Source: an uncultured Actinomycetota bacterium
GTDB lineage: Bacteria > Actinomycetota > Actinomycetes > JAHEKZ01
DNA: 64,000 bases
Direction: 5' to 3'
Assembly: GCA_963743915.1 (NCBI GenBank)
Contig: CAVURN010000002.1
Coordinates: 288,001 to 352,000 of the forward strand
Part shown: piece by piece, positions 59,281 through 64,000 of the stretch
Numbering within the stretch: position 1 is the first letter of the stretch
How the letters are laid out: each line of letters begins with the position of its first letter
Position numbers and translations under genes: made by a program
Notes under the pieces: generated by a model
What the model saw: the letters and a program-made list of their open reading frames with translations, nothing else
What the model was told of the DNA's origin: nothing
Databases searched by the model: none

Positions 59281-60506
59281 GACGAGTACGCCGAGTTCTC
59301 GTGCACGTAGGCAGCGGTCAGGTCGTTGGTCCAGACGTGCCCCTCGGCGTCCCCCGCCCCGAGGTCCACGTCGACCGTGACCCAGGCGTCGCGCATGTCC
59401 ACCTGGGGCAGCGTCCCGGAGGCCGCCGCACCTCCCGCGGCGACGGTGACACCGTTGATCGCCACGTCGACCTGGTGAGGATCGAACTCCGCCTCCGTGG
59501 TGCCGACCGCAGCCAGCACCCGGCCCCAGTTCGGATCCTCTCCGTGGACCGCGCACTTGAACAGGTTGCTGCGCGCCACCGACCGGGCCACCGTGACCGC
59601 ATCGTCGCGTGACACCGCGCCGCGCACCCGGATCTCGATCTGCTTGGTGGCGCCCTCGGCATCGGCGAGAAGCTGCAGCGCGAGGTCACCGCACACAGCG
59701 GCCAAGGCCTCGGTGAACGCTGCTTCGTCGAGGTCGCGCCCGACCAGGCTCCCGGACGCGCCGCTGGCGAGGACGAGCACGGTGTCGTTCGTCGACATGC
59801 ACCCGTCGGAGTCCAGACGGTCGAACGTCCCGGAGACGGCCGACCGGAGCGCGGCGTCCAGCGTGGCCGGCGCCGCGTCGGCGTCGGTGGTGATCACGGC
59901 GAGCATCGTGGCCAGCCCGGGGGCCAGCATCCCTGCTCCCTTGGCCATGCCGCTGACCGTGACTCCTTGCACCGAGACGGTCGCGGTCTTCGGGCGGGTG
60001 TCGGTCGTCAGGATCGCGCCCGCGGCGTCGGCACCTCCCGCGGGCCGCAGGGCGGCAGCCGCAGCGGCGACACCGGCACTGAGGCGCTGCACCGGGAGCC
60101 GCACCCCGATGAGCCCGGTCGAGCACACGGCGACGTCCTGCGCATCGCACCCGAGCTGCGCAGCGACGGCGTGCGCCGTCATGACGACGTCCGCCTCGCC
60201 GGCAGCGCCCGTGCATGCGTTGGCGCCCCCGGAGTTCAGGACCACCGCGCGCAGTCTCCCGTCGGCCACCACGCGACGCGTCCAGACGACCGGTGCCGCC
60301 TGGACCCGGTTGCGCGTCAGCACGGCAGCAGCGGCATGCACCGGCCCGTCGTTGACCACCAGGGCGACATCCAGCGCACCCGACTGCTTGAGGCCGGCGG
60401 CCACGCCGGCGGCCCGGAACCCGGACGGCTCGGTGACCCCTGCGGTGTCCCGGGCGACGGGGACCCCGGCGACGGTGAACGGTGTCGGCGGCCTCGTCTT
60501 GTTCAT
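59277..60506 (-). CDS. argJ: Ornithine acetyltransferase
   Basis: [42 protein letters not shown]. Confidence 0.96.
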   Translation of the reverse strand: MNKTRPPTPFTVAGVPVARDTAGVTEPSGFRAAGVAAGLKQSGALDVALVVNDGPVHAAAAVLTRNRVQAAPVVWTRRVVADGRLRAVVLNSGGANACTGAAGEADVVMTAHAVAAQLGCDAQDVAVCSTGLIGVRLPVQRLSAGVAAAAAALRPAGGADAAGAILTTDTRPKTATVSVQGVTVSGMAKGAGMLAPGLATMLAVITTDADAAPATLDAALRSAVSGTFDRLDSDGCMSTNDTVLVLASGASGSLVGRDLDEAAFTEALAAVCGDLALQLLADAEGATKQIEIRVRGAVSRDDAVTVARSVARSNLFKCAVHGEDPNWGRVLAAVGTTEAEFDPHQVDVAINGVTVAAGGAAASGTLPQVDMRDAWVTVDVDLGAGDAEGHVWTNDLTAAYVHENSAYSS

Positions 60507-61537
60507 GGCGCCACCCCCTCGACGGACAGACCCGAGCCCTCCGGAAGGCCGAGGGCGAGGTTGGCGTTCTGCACCGCCTGCCCAGCGGCCCCCTTGACCA
60601 AGTTGTCGATGGCCGACACCACGACGACGCGGCCGGCGACCTCGTCGACCGCCACCTGCAGGTGGACCGCGTTGCTGCCCACCACGTCCGCGGTCCGCGG
60701 CCACGATCCCTCAGGCAGCAGGTGCACGAAGCGCTCGTCGTCGTACGCGGCGTGCAGCGCGTCCCGGACCTGCGCGGTCGTGACGCCCGGCACGGCCGGC
60801 GCCGAAGTGGTGGCCAGGATCCCGCGCGGCATCGGAGCCAGCACAGGGGTGAAGGAGACCGTCACCGGGCGGTCGGCCGCGGCGCTGAGCGTCTGCGCCA
60901 TCTCCGGTGTGTGCTGGTGGGCGCCCCCCGCCTTGTAGGCGGACAGAGAACCCATCACCTCGCTGCCGAGCAGGTGGGCGGAGGCGCTGCGGCCGGCGCC
61001 CGAGGTGCCGGAGGCGGCCACGACCACGACGTCCCGGGGCTCGGCCAGGCCGGCCGCCAGCACCGGACTCATGCCGAGCGCCACACCCGTGGGGTAGCAG
61101 CCCGGGTTGGCGATCTGCCGGGACGAGGCGATGGCCGCCCGGGCACCCGGGAGCTCCGGCAGACCGTACGTCCAGGCCCCCGCGTAGGGACCCCCGTAGT
61201 AGCCGGCCCAGGCGTCGGCGTCGGTGAGGCGGTGGTCGGCCCCGAGGTCCACCACCAACGGAGCGTCCGGCGGCAACCCGGCCGTGAGGGCACCGGAGTG
61301 GCCGTGCGGCAGCGCGAGGAAGAGCACGTCGACGTCGTGCGGCAACCCGTCGTCGATCGGCGTGATGGGCCGATCGGCCAGCGACGGCAGATGGCGGTGC
61401 ACCGCGCCGACCGCCTGACCCGCCGACGACGCCCCGAGGAGCGGCCCGACCTCCAGGGCGGGGTGGCCGACGAGCAGCCGCAGCAGCTCGCCTCCGGCAT
61501 AGCCGGAGGCGCCCGCAACGGCCGCCGTGAGAGTCAC
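60503..61537 (-). CDS. argC: N-acetyl-gamma-glutamyl-phosphate reductase
   Basis: [37 protein letters not shown]. Confidence 0.97.
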   Translation of the reverse strand: MTLTAAVAGASGYAGGELLRLLVGHPALEVGPLLGASSAGQAVGAVHRHLPSLADRPITPIDDGLPHDVDVLFLALPHGHSGALTAGLPPDAPLVVDLGADHRLTDADAWAGYYGGPYAGAWTYGLPELPGARAAIASSRQIANPGCYPTGVALGMSPVLAAGLAEPRDVVVVAASGTSGAGRSASAHLLGSEVMGSLSAYKAGGAHQHTPEMAQTLSAAADRPVTVSFTPVLAPMPRGILATTSAPAVPGVTTAQVRDALHAAYDDERFVHLLPEGSWPRTADVVGSNAVHLQVAVDEVAGRVVVVSAIDNLVKGAAGQAVQNANLALGLPEGSGLSVEGVAP

Positions 61538-61538
61538 C

Positions 61539-61572
61539 TGCAGAACTATACAGATGGCTGCATGATACTGCG
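61539..61572. promoter_or_regulatory. Tandem ARG boxes (ArgR operator) over argC promoter
   Basis: TGCAGAACTATACA and TGCATGATACTGCG, 20 bp apart; -10 TATAGT 7 nt before GTG. Confidence 0.85.
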
Positions 61573-61583
61573 AAGGGAGGTCG

Positions 61584-62174
61584 TCACCGAGCGTCCGGGA
61601 GTCGCTCTTCGATGGAGACCTCGACCACCCAGACCCCTGTCGCCCGGTCCCACAGCGTCCTGCGCCCGGGTGCGACGACCACGAGCCAACCGACGAGTAC
61701 CGCCAGAGGCGCGCCCAGCCCGGCCACAGTCCACGAGCCGACGAACGCGAGCAGACCGACCAGCCACCACCGCAGTACCAGGCGAAGTCGCGCCACGGTC
61801 GCATCCGGGTCATCGCCGTCGGACACGCGCCGGGGCAGCAGGTTCATGATGCGCATCCCAACGGTCCTGCCCTCGCTGTCGAGCGCACCCGACATCAGCG
61901 CCAGGGCCACCAGGGCGACCGCCAGCACGAGCAGCCCGTACCAGAGGGGCACGGGATTCGTCGACTCCTCCAACCGCGTCTCGCACAGCCGGTAGGCCGA
62001 GCAGGCTCCCGACCGGTACTGCCTGACGCTGAGGTCGAGGGGGAACAGCAGTGTCAGCCAGGCGAAGATCGCGAACACCGCGAAGATCAGGACGCCGCCG
62101 ACCAGCAGGTCAATGAGGGTCTGCAGCCCCCTCACCCGCACCGATGCCGCCCGGTACGTCCTGACCAGTGACAT
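61584..62174 (-). CDS. RDD family membrane protein
   Basis: R....LID, G.TVGMR, R.LWDR.TG. Confidence 0.8.
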   Translation of the reverse strand: MSLVRTYRAASVRVRGLQTLIDLLVGGVLIFAVFAIFAWLTLLFPLDLSVRQYRSGACSAYRLCETRLEESTNPVPLWYGLLVLAVALVALALMSGALDSEGRTVGMRIMNLLPRRVSDGDDPDATVARLRLVLRWWLVGLLAFVGSWTVAGLGAPLAVLVGWLVVVAPGRRTLWDRATGVWVVEVSIEERLPDAR

Positions 62175-62209
62175 GCACGGACGCTAGCAGCGCTGCACCT
62201 GGCTCGATG

Positions 62210-64000
62210 TCAGGCGCGGAGGACCGCTCCGGTGCTCCGCGCCGCCTCAGCGAGGGCGTCGGCGCGCACCTGCGCGACCTCGTCGGGCGTCAGCGTGCGG
62301 TCCGGTGCGCGCAGGCGCAGCGCGAACGCCAACGACCGGTGACCGGTCGGCACCTGCTCGCCCTCGTAGACGTCGAAGAGGCGCACGGACTCCACGAGCT
62401 CGCCTCCCCCTCGCCGCAGGGCGGTCGCGACGTCGACGGACAGGACGTCCTCGGGCACGACCAGCGCCAGGTCCTCCTTGGCCACCGGGAAGGTCGAGAA
62501 CCGCGGTGCCGGGAGCACGACCTCCTCGTCCGTGGCCAGAAGGTCCAGCTCGACCTCCATCGCGCACGTGCGCTCCGGGAGGCTGAAGGCGTTCACGACG
62601 TGCGGGTGCAGCTCGCCGGCGTGACCGACCACCCGTCCGTCGACGCTCAGCGCGGCGCAACGCCCGGGATGCCAGGGCGCGTGGGCGTCCGGTGCGACGG
62701 TGAGCTCGACGCCGCACGCCTCGGCGACGAGGTGCGCCGCGTCCACCGCGTCACCCCAGGCGACGGGACGCCCCGCGCCCCACCATCCCGAGGTCTCGCG
62801 CTCGCCGGCGAGCAGCACCGCGACGCGGCGTGGCTGCCGCGGGAGCAGGGCCTCGACCGCCGCGAGCTCGTCGGCGTTGGGACGGCGGTCGACGACAGGA
62901 CGCGGCGGTGCCCCGTCTGCGCCCGCGGCGTCCGGTCGGAACACCAGGCCGGTCTCGAAGAGCGCGAGGCTGTCGGTGCCGCGGCCCAGGTTGCGTCGTG
63001 CGACGCCGAAGAGCCCCGGCAGCAGGGTCGTGCGCAGCTCCGGCTCCTCCTCCGACAGCGGGTTGGCCAGGCGCAACACGCGACGTCGGGCGTCGTCGTC
63101 CGGCAGTCCCATCTGGTCGAGCACCTCAGGAGCCAGAAACGGGTACGCCTGCACCTCCACGTACCCGGCGCCGGCGAGGGCCAGGCCCACCCGGCGGCGC
63201 AGCCGTTGCTGCAGCGTGAGCCCCGAGCTGACAGGCGCGGGCGGCAGCTCGGACGGAATGTGCTGGTACCCGTGCAGCCGGGCGACCTCCTCGATGAGGT
63301 CCGCGGGGACCGACAGGTCCGGCCGCCACGTGGGCGGAGTCACCGTGAGCAGCTCGTCCCCCTGGCGCTCGACGGCGCACCCCACGGCCGTCAGGTGGTG
63401 GACCACCTCGTCGTCGCTGAAGGGAATCCCCACCAGCGCGCCGACCTGCACCGAGGTGATCGGCACCCGTTCCGGCGCCGAGACGGCGCCGACGACGGTG
63501 CGTCCCGGCACCACATGGGCACCGCCGAGCTCGCGGAGCAGCGTCGCCACCCGTTCTGCGGCCGCCTCCTGCAGCGCGGTGTCCACGCCTCGGGCGAAGC
63601 GTCGGGACGCCTCGCTCGGCAGCTTGTGGCGGCGCGCGCTGCGGGAGATGCCCGCCGGCTCGAAGTGCGCGGCCTCGATGACCACGTCGGTGCTGGTGGC
63701 GTCGATCTCGGTGGACGCGCCGCCCATCACCCCCGCGATGCCGATGGGGCCGGAGTCGTCGGTGATGAGCAGGTCGTCGGCGTCCAGCGTGCGGACGACG
63801 TCGTCGAGCGTGCGCAGCTTCTCCCCGGCGGCGGCGCGGCGCACCACGATCGCGCCGGACAACCGGCTGCGGTCGTAGGCGTGCAGCGGCTGGCCGGTCT
63901 CCAGCATCACGTAGTTCGTGACGTCGACGGGCAGCGAGATCGGTCGCATGCCGCAGAGCCGGAGCCGCTGCTGCATCCAGTGCGGGGTGGGAGCGGTCGC
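62210..64000 (-). CDS. pheT: Phenylalanyl-tRNA synthetase beta subunit, 5' part beyond window
   Basis: VDVTNYVMLETGQPLHAYD, PTWRPDL...DLIEEVAR, LFDVY.G...SLA..L FDX-ACB domain. Confidence 0.97.
   Translation of the reverse strand, partial: ATAPTPHWMQQRLRLCGMRPISLPVDVTNYVMLETGQPLHAYDRSRLSGAIVVRRAAAGEKLRTLDDVVRTLDADDLLITDDSGPIGIAGVMGGASTEIDATSTDVVIEAAHFEPAGISRSARRHKLPSEASRRFARGVDTALQEAAAERVATLLRELGGAHVVPGRTVVGAVSAPERVPITSVQVGALVGIPFSDDEVVHHLTAVGCAVERQGDELLTVTPPTWRPDLSVPADLIEEVARLHGYQHIPSELPPAPVSSGLTLQQRLRRRVGLALAGAGYVEVQAYPFLAPEVLDQMGLPDDDARRRVLRLANPLSEEEPELRTTLLPGLFGVARRNLGRGTDSLALFETGLVFRPDAAGADGAPPRPVVDRRPNADELAAVEALLPRQPRRVAVLLAGERETSGWWGAGRPVAWGDAVDAAHLVAEACGVELTVAPDAHAPWHPGRCAALSVDGRVVGHAGELHPHVVNAFSLPERTCAMEVELDLLATDEEVVLPAPRFSTFPVAKEDLALVVPEDVLSVDVATALRRGGGELVESVRLFDVYEGEQVPTGHRSLAFALRLRAPDRTLTPDEVAQVRADALAEAARSTGAVLRA

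Overview
High-GC actinobacterial chromosome segment, mostly core genes on the minus strand. From right to left: pheT, RDD, argCJBRGH, mpg, tyrS, a complete 16S-23S-5S operon, TPR/TauE/ssb-like genes, tlyA-nadK-recN, steAB plus an MraY-like/MurJ/GT2 module, pyrG-NUDIX-ald, xerD-parA-like-small RHH-like gene-scpAB-rluB, aroH-tyrA-cmk-der-S66 peptidase and tRNA-Pro(GGG). Then comes a ~10 kb accessory patch, the pgsA-DUF881-sbp-DUF881-gcvH-garA-ftsR-nuclease-MerR cluster, a tandem glycine riboswitch with gcvP, and a type III PKS cut by the window edge. Several genes, including tyrS and argB, carry 1-bp frameshifts that look like assembly indels. The most striking signal is non-coding information written into this core region as two motif families. 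Motif A is a 25-bp inverted repeat, ACCCTCA-N9-TGAGGGT, resembling the FtsR box. It occurs at the garA-ftsR and MerR promoters and inside tyrA, rluB/scpB, the RHH-like gene and parA. Motif B is an 8-bp-period CGACTTGT repeat at the parA promoter, in the rluB-aroH gap and inside tyrA. Both locally override codon bias, which suggests a ParA/RHH/ScpAB/MerR chromosome-positioning or segregation module with its own cis-sites. A second candidate novelty is a small standalone transcript (~15.9-16.1 kb). It has a 17-nt match to the 16S 3' end, a 12-codon ORF and a three-way-junction RNA structure.
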